The position numbers and the translations under genes were made by a program. DNA of 64,000 bases from Caecitellus pseudoparvulus (taxonomy: Eukaryota; Protista; Bigyra: Bicosoecida), in assembly GCA_965644315.1 (NCBI GenBank), contig CBFFRQ010000079.1, positions 62,001-126,000 on the forward strand, given 5' to 3'. Of the stretch, positions 1-11,194 are shown piece by piece (the stretch's first letter is position 1; each line of letters starts with the position of its first letter). The notes beneath the pieces are model-generated. The model saw only the letters and a list, made by a program, of their open reading frames with translations. It ran no database searches and was not told where the DNA came from.

Positions 1-372
1 ACACTGGCTGCTGAACGATCTCGGAACGTGGCCCCCCCAGCGCTGGACGTGTCAACCGCCCCGCCTTCTCATCTGCTCAGCCTGGTGGGGCAGGCACTGA
101 AGTGGCAGGAGCACGTGGGAATGCTGCCGCCTGGCGGTCGCTGCGGTGTCTTTCGAGGTGTCGCTCCGCGCCTGCGCCAGCTAGTGGACAAGTCAGCCGT
201 GGCAACCGCTGGCAAGCTGCGCCAGGGCGGCGCCCATGCACAAGGCCGTGTCCTTCACGCCAGACGGCAGCCGCCTGGTGACGGGAAACAGCCAGGGCTT
301 TGTTGGGGTGTGGGACGCCATGGTGCACAAACTGGACAACCGCCTGACGTACCAGATGGCAGAAGGGGGCGA
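1..372 (+). pseudogene. SMU1: Frameshifted, 3'-truncated fragment of WD40 splicing factor SMU1
   Basis: Frame 1 [28 protein letters not shown] resembles SMU1 [25 protein letters not shown]..FRG. After a 1-nt shift near 243, frame 2 [33 protein letters not shown] resembles [32 protein letters not shown]. No room for the remaining WD repeats before the ATG at 604. Confidence 0.7.
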
Positions 373-603
373 CGTGCATGCCAGGTGCTTCCTTTGCGTC
401 ACTGCCAGCCACCCAGAGGTTGGCAGACTTGGCTGCCGCACTCAAAAGCCACTTCCACTCACACACCAAACGCAAGCCTCATACCATACTCGCCAAACGA
501 CTCCCTGCAGAGTCGTTAGGGCCGCCTGTCCAGCCCAGGCTCTGTGCTAGCCTCGCGTTTCGGGTGCTGCTGCGGAATTTGCGCTGGAAACGCAGCCTCT
601 GCA

Positions 604-1983
604 ATGGCCGCCATGTCTGCAGACGAGGGGGAGTCACACCCCTTCCTCCATGAGTACATAGATTCTTCGACATCGTCGGAAGATATTCTTCTGGAAGGCG
701 TTCAGGCGCCTGTGCACGTCCCGGGCAGCTGGCGCGATCAGTTGGAGAGCATTCTGGGCGAAATCCGAGCCAAGGAGCTGCCGGGGCGTGTGCGCCGCGG
801 CCTTCTGTATGCGCTTCCTGAGACAGTGTGTGTGCTGGATGCACCACTGCACCCCTCAAGCTTGGGGGGCACGTCAGTCATTCTCCCCGAGCACGGCGCA
901 GCGGCGGCCTTGCAAGCCAGGCTTGTAAACACCCCAGAAGGTGCCTCAGGAAGTCTCCTTGTCCCACACTGTCACCCAGCGGTGACGCATGTACAGCTGG
1001 CGTTGGGCTGCTGCCAAGTGCTTGTGCAGCTGGCAGACGCTATCGAGTACTCGGTCTCTGTTTATGGCGTGAGTGGAAGCATCAGGAAATGCGAACCGAA
1101 TGTGCGCAGGCAGAGGGTCGCGCTGGACCTGCTGAACGAAATCATGACACGGGCCAGCGAGAGCCTGTCTGACGAGTGCCCTGACAGCACGTGGGGTGGG
1201 GTTCAGCTGGCGGAAGACCACACGAAAGCAATTCTTGATTGGGTTGCTCGTCTTCCCATCGTCTGCGCTTGGCCACTTCCCCGGCCTGTGTGGAGGCAAG
1301 GTGCCGTGGAGTGCATTGCAGATGATGTGGTGCAACACTCCAGCGAGTCTGACATGCATTGCTTCGATGTCCTCATGAAGGCGGCGAAAGAGGGTCTAGA
1401 GCCTGCCCACCTCGCCGAGGTGCTCGCTTTAAGATCTGAATTGTGGATGCCGCGGCTTCCACTGAACTGGGTCGTGCACCAGCGGAGCAAGTACGAGCTC
1501 CGGCCGTCGCGAGTGCTGCTGCACGTACTGTGGGAGATGTACGGGAGAGACTGCGTGACCAGGTCAACTCACCATGTCCGCTTGCCTTCAACTCTCCCGC
1601 GGGGCACTCCTCTGGACCCTGACAGCGTGTTTACGCGCCTGATGAGTCTTCCTGGGGTGATTGAGTGGCTGAAGTGGACGCCATTTGACATGGAAGATGC
1701 CATGTATCGCTCCACGCTGCTGTATCTCGAGCCACCTGGCAGTGAAATGAGTGCGCGCTGGAGCAGCGGAGCGGCTGTGGAGAGAGACGACGACCTTGCT
1801 CTTGGTGCCCCTTACTTCCAGGGAGAACTTGCCCGCCTCATGCTCGTCTGCACGAACTGTGCACTCCTCATGGTTGATGTGCACTGGGAACCTGTGCCGG
1901 TCAGTGAGAAGCGGGCAAGCGCATCGGCTGGCCGGTGGAGCGGTGAGAGGGCGCAAGGAGGTCGGGGCTGTGAAATTCAATGA
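604..1983 (+). CDS. Intronless hypothetical protein (~459 aa)
   Basis: Long ORF with globular, non-antisense-like composition; ATG at 604; no domain recognised. Confidence 0.6.
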   Translation: MAAMSADEGESHPFLHEYIDSSTSSEDILLEGVQAPVHVPGSWRDQLESILGEIRAKELPGRVRRGLLYALPETVCVLDAPLHPSSLGGTSVILPEHGAAAALQARLVNTPEGASGSLLVPHCHPAVTHVQLALGCCQVLVQLADAIEYSVSVYGVSGSIRKCEPNVRRQRVALDLLNEIMTRASESLSDECPDSTWGGVQLAEDHTKAILDWVARLPIVCAWPLPRPVWRQGAVECIADDVVQHSSESDMHCFDVLMKAAKEGLEPAHLAEVLALRSELWMPRLPLNWVVHQRSKYELRPSRVLLHVLWEMYGRDCVTRSTHHVRLPSTLPRGTPLDPDSVFTRLMSLPGVIEWLKWTPFDMEDAMYRSTLLYLEPPGSEMSARWSSGAAVERDDDLALGAPYFQGELARLMLVCTNCALLMVDVHWEPVPVSEKRASASAGRWSGERAQGGRGCEIQ

Positions 1984-3014
1984 CCGAGGCAAAGGATTCA
2001 CTCTCGTGATTGTGCAGGCTTGGCAGGCGTGTCCGCTCGTGGCTGTCCTTGAGGTGAATGAGGGCGCCTCTCCTGCGTGATACTGCTTCCCTTTTGCGCG
2101 ATTTGGGCAAGGTTTCTCCGCAAAGGGTGTCTGCATTCTGTTTTCACCCCGCATTGCTTTCGCTCCTTGCACTGGAGTGTGTACGCGGAGCTCTGGGCAT
2201 CGAGGCAGGCGACACCACACAGACCACAGATCACCACGCCAACCGACACAGTGCGGTACAAGCAGTGACACACACATTTTGCACTATTTGAGCTTGGTAC
2301 CATGCTAAGTAGGGCAGATTTGCCTGCCCAGGTGCAAAATTGCAGCAATAACCCTTTTGGTGGTCGTGCAGAACTCAAAGTCGCTTGCGTGCTCAGTTGA
2401 GGATTTAGAGTCAAATGTGAACCTCATGCAGACGAACGTATATTTACAGAGGATGTCACAAGAAGAAATACTCTACCCATGAAGCGCTGCTATGGACCAC
2501 ACGATATCGTTTATTGAGGTCTTTGACGGGGGGTACAAGAACTGGCCGAAGGCCAGTTCCCGGACACCCAGGTGTCCGGCAGAGAGGGACTTACGCCTCT
2601 TGCCGGACACCCGGGGGGGGCCGGAGCCGGGCACCCTTGAGATCCCTGAACGGGGGACACGCGGGGCTTGCCCGCGCACGCAGCGCCTGTTCTCTCCACA
2701 GTGCGGGAGGCTCTTCGTGTCGAGCAAAGCCGTTGGGATGCAGAGCTGGACGTGAGGACCAGGGGGCAGCACGTGCGAGGCATGGAGGAGTATGTGGACA
2801 GGCTGCATTTTTCTGCACCGCTTGGGGCTCCACAGGAGGCGGGCACTTTCCACACCACACGTACACGACACTATACACCATAGAATCCAAGCCCTGTTGG
2901 TTTCTTGCAGCCTCGCCGCCTGGTCCGTTTGACGCGGCTGCCAAGAGCCTTGCGTTTCAAGTCGTCCGGCGTGGCGTTACTGCCGTTTCACCCTGCACTC
3001 AGTAGTTCTTCAGG

Positions 3015-3978
3015 ATGGCCGCCGCTCAGCCAAAGCAGGAGACTGTCGCAAGTCTACTCTCAGAGGATGGGGAGGGGGACAAGGAGCCATCCTCGCCCCC
3101 TGCATCTGCGTCGGTGCATGCAAAGGTACGGTTCAAGCCGGTGTCGCAGGTGAAACGCTGCGAAGCCCCATTTCTGCACGTCCTTGCCCGCCGCACAGTA
3201 TTGCAAGGCAGTGAAACTCGTCTCCATGGCCGAGGAGATGAATGCCCGCTTCCGTCACACGATGGAGGACGCACACGTCGTCGTGGACAAGTATTCAGGG
3301 GACGAGGGCACCGCCTTCCTCGGCGTGTACGACGGGCACGGCGGCTCCACCATCGCGAACTACTTGCGGGACAACCTGCACGAAGTCGTGGAGAAGGAGC
3401 TGAAGGAGAAAGCGAGCCGCAGTGTGGAGGAGTGCCTCAAGTCTGCATTCCTCCTTACCGACATCGCCGCTAACGAAACCAAGGAGGAAGCGTCCGGCGC
3501 CACCGCAGTCGTCTGCATCATCCGCCAGGCTGGCTCCAGCCGGTACGTGTACGCCGCCAACTGTGGTGACGCGCGAGCTGTCCTGTGCCACAATGGCACG
3601 GCGGTGCGCCTGACCAAGGACCACAAGGCAGACGACGCGGAGGAGGTGAACCGCATCGAGGCGGCAGGGGGCTTCATCCTGCGCAAGCGCGTCATGGGCG
3701 TGCTGGCCGTGGCGCGCTCCTTCGGGGACTTCAGCCTGAAGAAATTCGTCACTGCCGAGCCCTACACGACGACGACCAAGTTGGACGGCTCCAGCGACTT
3801 CATCATCGTCGCCTGCGACGGCGTGTGGGACGTGCTCAGCGACCAAGACGCCGTGGACATCGTCCGCCAGTGCGCAGGCAAGGAGCAAGCCAAGAAACTG
3901 GCTGCCGGGGCCTTGGTCAATGCCGCCCTGTCAGCAGGCAGCACAGACAACGTCACCGCCATGGTGTGCTGGCTGTAG
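3015..3978 (+). CDS. Protein phosphatase 2C (PPM family)
   Basis: Motifs MEDAH, GVYDGHGG, ANCGDARAVL, LAVARSFGD, ACDGVWDV, GSTDNVT; one phase-0 intron (3126 or 3150 to 3198). Confidence 0.95.
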
Positions 3979-3994
3979 GCCACGCCGCACTTGC

Positions 3995-6495
3995 TCAAAA
4001 GTGCACGTTGGCACCGCCCACCCGCATGACGAAGCCCACCTCAGCGCCTTCCCCGGCAGCCGCGCCATCCGTGGCAGTGCCCGATGTCGCCTCTGGCTGT
4101 GCTTTGAGCCCCCATCGCTGCCGCTGGGCAGCCTCCTCTTCCTGCGCAAGCAGGCTCGCCAGCAGGTCCTTCGCCGGCGCAAAACCCGCATCCAACACGA
4201 GGGCTGCCTGCAAAGACAGCTTTGCCGCGCTCTGGTGCCCAGCTGACAGCTGGGCAGAGGCCAGCAGGACATGTGTGCTGCATGACGGGCCCGCCCGCGC
4301 AAGGGATGCCTTGAAGAATGCAATGGCCCGCTTCGGCTTGCCCAGTGCGCTCCACACCCGCCCAATGCACATGGCCACATCCATGCCGCTGCCGCCAAGC
4401 AGTGGGTAGCAGTTTGCCCACGCTCTGTATACGAGAGGGGGCGTAGGGTGAGAATGCATGCCTGCACGCCGACCTGGGCGTTGTCCTCACCTGGACAGCC
4501 CAGCCATGGCATCAGCTTTCACGCCGTAGCGCGCATGCGGCAACTTGCGCACAAGCACAGGCGTCACAACCTGCAGCACACTGGGCTCCCACTCGCTCAT
4601 GTGGCACAACGCAAGGCACTGACGCAGGGACTGCGGGGGTCCCCGCTTCAGCAAGTCCTCATGAAGAAAGTAAAAATCGTCTGCGGAGAAGCCATTCAAA
4701 TGTGCTGCAAACGCAGTGCATGAGTTGGGGTAGCAACCTTGCAAGCGGCGTTCGGCTGAGCAAGGAAGCACCTGCACACCCAGTCTCCGCCAAACTTCCT
4801 CGTTGTCATGCCGGTGCAGACCTGAGTAGGGGGTGAAGTCGCAGTCCGAGGTCGCAGGGGATGGGGGATCGTCGGCGCTGGCGCTGCACGCGCTGCCTGG
4901 CGCAGGGAAGATCAACAAAGTGGTGGCTACGTTCGTGTCCACGCGGGAAGGCAAGAGAGCTAGACCGCCCTCCAGCTGGCAGTATAACTGCAGGGCGTGA
5001 AAGTTAACCCTGCGGCGGGCGGAGCGGTGTGGAAAGGTGGACAACTCACGCGGCAAGCGCTCACAGAGCGCAACCCACATGAAACTGAAGCTCCCATGCA
5101 GGGAAATGTGCGGGGCAGATATGCCAACGAAGCTGTCAGGCTGCATGTGGGCCTTGTCGCCGAAGAGGCACACAAGGGAGGACTGAGTCAGTTTGCGCGC
5201 GGCTTGCAGAGTTCGCAACGCCGCCACTGGCAGGGTGAAGCACGCGCTGGCGCAGCCAAGGACAGAAAGTGAAGATGACGACACTGTCGACCCATCACTG
5301 TCGTGTGAAGACTCTGCGCCCTCTCCCGTTGCGGCCTCGCCTTCGCTAGACACAGCTGTGCCAACGGTGCTGGCGGTGTCAACCGACCCTTTGCGACGTG
5401 CCGCTCCTGCCGCTGGGTCGGCAAGGTACGTGCTGTCGTCATGCTCGTAGTAGTTCTGATACCATTGCAACAGTGTGCACAGCGTACTTGCAGTCTCCGG
5501 TGCCACCGGCTCCTGTGCAGGGCAAGACTTGATTGGTGCACAGAGAGGCTGCTCAGGCATGTGTGAACCGACAGCAGCAAGGCACGCACCTCGTAGGAAG
5601 CGAAATGCTCCTGCAAGGTAGCATGGGTAGCTTCTGGGAGTGGCACATCCACCCATTCCAGGGTGACATCTCCCGACTCGTGCAGCCCCTGTGCCGTTGG
5701 CTGCCCCTCCTCCGCAGGCACACCTCCCACGTCCAGCCACAGCGCAGACAGCTGCCCCCCCACACACCGAAACGCGTCTTGAGGGAGGCTGTCCAGCAGG
5801 TACGTGCCGATCAACACCAGTGGGTTCTGCAGAGTCCCCTCCTGGATGTGCCACTGGCTGCGCTGCAGGTGCAGGTCAGCGGTACTCTTGGCGCAGTCCA
5901 CGATGGCCCAGTCCACAGCCAGCGCAGGCAGGGCAGCGCACGTCTCCAAGGGGCCAGTTGGTCCATAGGCTGCCTCAGCTGTCTGAAACCACTCGCAGAA
6001 CCCCGCCCGAGGCTCCTGCATGGCTGCCACGTTGGAAGCGGCGACGTCAGACAGCACCAGCAGGAGAGGGGGGAGGCGCACACCGCTTGAGAGACACTCT
6101 GTGAGGGCCTGCAGCAGTAGCCACGCAAGAACGCCGCTGCCCGAGCCAAGCTCTAGAAGGATCACTGGCTCTTCCTGTGACTGGATGTCTCCATTCTGCT
6201 GCATGTCCAGCAACGCTGCCACAAGCACCTGTGAAAAGTGCGGAAATCAGTTGCCCTGCCGCTCACCCGGAGCAATGCGTTCCCCTACGTTTGCGTACTG
6301 CTTCGCGAAGCGCGCGTTCCCCACGATGAAGTGAGGGATGATGTTGTCCACCCATGCGCTCACGCCTTGCTCCTCGTAGAACGCCGCCATGTGGGCGTAC
6401 AGCCGGCTCTGGCTCAGCGGGCACGCCATCCTGAACCGCTGCTCCGACACAGTCTGCCTCGAGACCGAAGGAGTGGGCGCACGCTGCACGTGCAT
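3995..6495 (-). CDS. Putative SAM-dependent methyltransferase (MidA/NDUFAF7-like fold) with C-terminal TPR
   Basis: Spliced from ORFs 6247-6807, 5188-6228, 4487-5854 and 3995-4459. Motifs FYEEQGVSAW..IPHFIVGN, ILLELGSGSG, TYLLDSLPQDAF, FGDK, HISLHGSFSFMVNFHAL, and a TPR-like tail IGRVWSALGKPKRAIAFFKASL. Confidence 0.75.
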
Positions 6496-6682
6496 TGAAC
6501 TAGCAGGACCCCGCGTTGTGCGCATGCTGGGCGCCGTGTTTGGGCGGTCCGCTCGACCAGCAGGAGGCTGGGTTGTGCTTGAAGGGAGCAGCTGCCAACA
6601 AGAGCCAGAAGGGAGACTTGGCCGCGGGGGTGGGCACACAGAACAAAAACCAGCGATTGATTGCAGGCCATGGCACTTCGCA

Positions 6683-7396
6683 TCACTGGGAGGCCTCTTT
6701 GCGGATGGCCTGCTTGACGCTGTCGGGGGAAGAGTTGGGCATGGCAGAAGGCAGTGCCACGCCGCGCATGTGAGGGGGCGGCAGCTGTACACCCAGAACG
6801 CTCCCAATGGGGATGTCTTTTCGGTTGATCACATCTGCTTTGGCGTGCAGGGCCTGTGGCGGGGCGGGGACAGGTGAGTTTGCGGCTCAGCTTTGCAGGG
6901 AAGTCTCTCCACCGCCGCACCTTCAACGGCACAGGCTGCGCGTCTGTTCGCAGCGTCTGTGCTTCAATAGCCATTTCAATGTCCTCCACTTCGATTTTCT
7001 GCGCAAGGCGCAGTGTGCGCGCTGCAGAGGCGCCGCAGGCAGAGCGACAGGTTCACCAGCACGCACCCGGTGCAGTCTGTGTCGAGCGATCAGGCTCGCA
7101 GCCTCCAGCACAGAGTTGGCCTGGTCTGTGCACATGAGGAAGGAGCATAGTTCCTCGACAAGAAGTGCACCTGGGCACACTCGCCGCACGCACTGCGGGC
7201 AGCAACAGCGAGCTGCATGGGCACTCGAGGATCAAAATCCGCAACCCCGCACACTTGCAGAGCATGGTGCGCCGCCCTGTGGGAAGCGTGGTGGAGTTGC
7301 AGCGGGGAACTTCCTAAGTGTACTTCGCTTGACTACGCACGCCACTTCTGCAGGCGCCTCCGCGGCAGTCATGGACTGGGGTGCTCCGCTTGCCAT
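6683..7396 (-). CDS. TAF9: TFIID subunit 9 (histone fold), 5 exons
   Basis: Removing four GTGCG..AG introns gives ...PAEVAAAHHALQVCGVADFDPRVPMQLAVAARNQANSVLEAASLIARHRLHRKIEVEDIEMAIEAQ...QPVPLKALHAKADVINRKDIP..GVQLPP, colinear with TAF9 (GITEYEPRV..DDVRLAI..RN..PLP..GPRLPP). Confidence 0.8.
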
Positions 7397-7938
7397 GCCG
7401 CTGCTCTGGCTCTGCTCAAAGCCGGCTGCCAAACCCCGCCGAAGCGTTGGAACTGCACCAGCAGTCAGTGTGGGATGGCAAAGCGCCAAACACACCTTCC
7501 TGGGGAACTCTTCCAGTTTTGTGAGACCATTGAGATGTGCTGAGTGCCTCGCAATGTGCCTCAAGTTTTGACGTCCTAGCCGCGGTGGCAATGTGCAAGC
7601 ATATGACACCCTCCAGCTTGGACCACGATCCAGGCCTGTAGTTGCCGCACAAAGCATGCATTTGGTGTCACGAGGGCGCATGCCTGGGCGAGGCACCGGG
7701 CTGCGAGTTGGCCCACATTGCATAGACAGGGCATGTGTATGCCCAACCCACGCTTTTGGGCGCCTGGCTGGGCAACGGACGACCGCCACACGTAGTACAC
7801 CTCTGTGAGATGGTAAGCGGGGCGCTCAGATGGACCTGAGCCAAAGACCAGCGCAGTGCTTGCCGCCCGTTGACGTTGTTGGGCTGCGCTGCAGTGCTAG
7901 AGCGGCACACTGCCGCGAGCCTCGGGCACAACCATGCC

Positions 7939-8373
7939 TCAGTCCTCTGCAGTTGCGTGGCGCATGGCGAGAGCCAGCAGGCGCCCCTCTGCTGTGGGCG
8001 TGACTGTGATCTGGTGCTCCACGCCGTTCACGGTCAGGGCGGCATCTCCGCCCTCCAGCGGAGACGTCCACAGAGACCGCACGAAGCCAGCGTCACCCGC
8101 CGAGAAACAGCCACAGGCTGTCATGCAGAGAGAGTGGCGAGGGATTGGCGTGCCCGGTGCTGCGGGGGTGCTGCGAGGGCTGTGGCTCACGCACCAGCGA
8201 TTGGCAGGCCATTCTTATCGCACAGCAACACGCCTTGTGCACCTTCTTCCACCATGCTGTGGGATTGGGGGGCAGAGGAGACGTACAGTAGCGCTGAAGA
8301 CGTGCGTCGGTCGCCATACCTCCTGCAGCCCTCACATTTGCTGGACCTGCTTGGAGATCTTGGACGCCGCCAT
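7939..8373 (-). CDS. LAMTOR5: Ragulator subunit LAMTOR5/HBXIP-like roadblock protein, 3 exons
   Basis: Spliced product MAASKISKQVQQIMVEEGAQGVLLCDKNGLPIAACGCFSAGDAGFVRSLW...HQITVTPTAEGRLLALAM resembles LAMTOR5 [29 protein letters not shown]. Confidence 0.65.
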
Positions 8374-8374
8374 C

Positions 8375-8384
8375 TGCGGAAATC
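8375..8384. promoter_or_regulatory. TGCGGAAATY element next to the LAMTOR5 start codon
   Basis: One of 10 copies, all near gene 5' ends. Confidence 0.45.
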
Positions 8385-8706
8385 GCTGCCCTGGAGCCAG
8401 CTACAAACTCGCTCCCTGTGAGGGACTGAAGCGCCTCGCGCCGATGCTGAAGTGCGACGTGCATGAAATTATCTTGGTTTACATGGGTTATTGCTTTTGA
8501 CCTGCAACAATGTCTGCTGCCACAGGCTGATCCTGGCAGAGATCACTGCGTGGGGAACCTGGCGTCCAATTTTCACGCCGACGGCCACTATTCCAAACCC
8601 ATGCAAAGTACGCTGCAGGGCGCTGCCCAGTTGTCTGCGCCCGCTTATTGAGCACCTGGTCTTGCCGGCCCACAGCAAGCAGGCTCCCTGATTTCAGCTG
8701 GCAGCC

Positions 8707-9639
8707 ATGTCCGGGACTGGCCGCCCTGGTGGAGATGACGGAGCCAGCTTGGACTACATGGAGCGCTTGGAGAGCCAGCGCAGCATGCTGCAGAGCCAAG
8801 TGGAACAAGACGTACTGGCGGAGCTGACACGGCGGGACCTTGCAGCCGCCAAGGCGTCACGGGAGGCGGATGTTCAGGACAAGGCGACGGTGCCCATGCT
8901 TGTTGTTGGTGGGTGGGCATTCGATTTCCGCAGGCACGCTTGCTTAGGCACTGGCCTTCCCCCGCCCTGCTCTCAGAGGACGACATATACAGGGACTCGC
9001 TGGTTAGATTGCTGGGGTATGCGAACGAAGTGGGCGAGGCCCTTCGCCCGCTGGCCCCTTCCCTCGTCGTGCGTGCATCTTTAAGCGCGAGGCGGCCGCA
9101 GACAGGGTTGAACGACACACCCCCCCCTGCACCGCCCATCGCAGCTGCCGTCATATGCCGTGGCGTGGGCGTACGTTGCCCTGGACACTGCAGACAAGGC
9201 ACACCGGAGCTACACACAGACTGCAGCGGCACACGCGGCAGCCACTGAGCACGGGACGCCGCCGCCGGCCGTGTCCGCCACATACGCAGGCACGGCGTAC
9301 GGCGTGGACACGCTGCTGTGGCAGGGGTTCGCGTCTGTGCTCATCCCGGGCTACATCATCAACCGCTTCGTGGCCTTCACGGGGCAGGTGGCGAGCCTGG
9401 CCCAGGCCCGCGTCCCCCGGCTGCCTGCCAAGGCCCTGTCCACCGCGGTGGGGCTGGCCACCATTCCCTTCCTAGTGGCGCCCCTGGACGATGCAGTGCA
9501 CGGGGCCCTGGACAAGTACGTGCGGCCCCGCATGGGCGTCATGCCCCATGCCGCAGTGCTGGCTCAGAAGTGGGCTGCCGCTGCGGGGCAGGGTGGGCCC
9601 ACGGCACCTGCCGCACCCACGGCGCCGCTGGACCGGTGA
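8707..9639 (+). CDS. MTFP1: Mitochondrial fission process protein 1 (MTP18)
   Basis: DIYRDSLVRLLGYANEVGEALRP, YVALDTADK, DTLLWQGFASVLIPGYIINR, GLATIPFLVAPLDDAV; two short introns. Confidence 0.92.
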
Positions 9640-9728
9640 ATGCATGCATGCGAGAGAAGGGTGGCACCACAGCAGCACGCGTATGCGTGTGTGTGTGTGG
9701 ACAATCACTGCATTGGGGCGCGCCAGGG

Positions 9729-10810
9729 TCACTTGGCCTCGGCAGCGCCGCCCTGTGGGGGGGCGTTCATATCCAGCGCAAAGGTGGAGGAGGCCGCCAG
9801 GGGCGCAGACTCGTCAGAGGGCAGGACCAGGTTGGCGTCCGCGGCGCTCTCGTCGGCGCCTGCAGGCGCGCCCCGGCGTGTGGAGCGGCACACCAAGTAC
9901 CCCGACACAAAGGTGCCCACCAGCAGCGCCAGGCCCGTGGCAAAGGCCAGCCCGAACAGCGGCACGACGCGGCTCTCCATCTCCTGCACGCCCTTCGTCT
10001 TGCAGCCCTCCAGGCCGTGGAAGTCCGGCGCGTTGCGGCAGCGCTCCTTGCCCGCCTTGATGAGGTCCTCGCCACTGCCCGCGGAGCAGGTGAGGGGGTT
10101 GGTGGGGCTCTGCGTCGTGCCGTCGGGCAGGGTGCACGTGCCCTCCGCTGGGCGGTCAAAGGGGCACTCGTAGCCGCAGCAGTTGAAGTCTTTCTGCCCC
10201 TGGGCGGCCGTGGCGGGCCGCTCGCACCAGTACTCGCTGAAGGACTGGTTGATCTCGGCGTTGTTGAAGAGGACGATGCCGCCCAGCACTGCGAAGGTCA
10301 CCATGGCAGCGAAGACGATGAGGAAGTACCCCAGCAGGATGAACTTGTTGTCGTACTTGGCGCCCAGGTGCCCCACGACGGCCACCAGGAGCGTCACGGC
10401 GCCCAGTCCAGCCAGCGCCAACCCTGCGCGTTGTGGAGGCGAACCAGAGAGAGCAGTGCACGGCACGGCGCGGGCGAGGCAGTCTGCGCGGCGCGGCGCA
10501 CCTGGCTCTTTGCCGACGAGGGCAGCAAAGGAACCTTGCGTGCCGTAGATGCCCATGGCCAGGAGGCCGATCCCCAGCAACTGCAAAGGCGGCAGGAGTG
10601 CAGGTGTGGCGCCGGGCGGCTCCCCTCGAAAACCGCAACGACGCAACGCACGCCGAAGGTAATGTTCACAGCCAGCAAGATGTACCCGCTGTTCCGCAAG
10701 CAAAAGTTGCTGGAGGGGTCAGTCACAGGGTGCGACTTGTATGCCTGCTTGCGCTGCTTGCGCTGCTCAGCGCGCTCCGCAGATCGCTGAGCTGCAGTCT
10801 TGGGCGGCAT
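9729..10810 (-). CDS. Tetraspanin family protein
   Basis: Four hydrophobic segments, GHLGA after TM2, and a CCG motif plus further Cys in the large loop; two GTGCG..CAG introns. Confidence 0.85.
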
Positions 10811-11194
10811 AGTGGATGATTGGTGGTGGCTTGCGTGCTGCCGCTTCTGCACCTGCGATTGAGCCACTGGTGGGCTGCCTGGCGCTACAATTCACGCGCA
10901 GAAGCTTGGTGATCGTGAACAGCTGCGTGCCGTTCGAGGTGGTGTGAATTTGCCCCCGGCGTGCCCTGCACGGCACAGGCTTGCAGTGCATGCCTTGTCG
11001 CTGCAGCGCCTCGCAGGTTGGCAAGGGAGCCTGCACGCCCCCCTGCTACTTTCTGGCTCATGAAGTGGGTCATACATCATATCTTCTGCATCGAAAACAA
11101 GGTGCATCTTCTTTCGTCGGCCCACGCCTCCCCACTGGTGTGGGCATGCGTCTGAAGCGGGCCACGCCAGTCAAACGTGGCTGCTCCCAGCAGT

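Noticed and set aside
9682-9699. Short (GT)n tract
   Set aside because: Trivial microsatellite in a 3' intergenic gap
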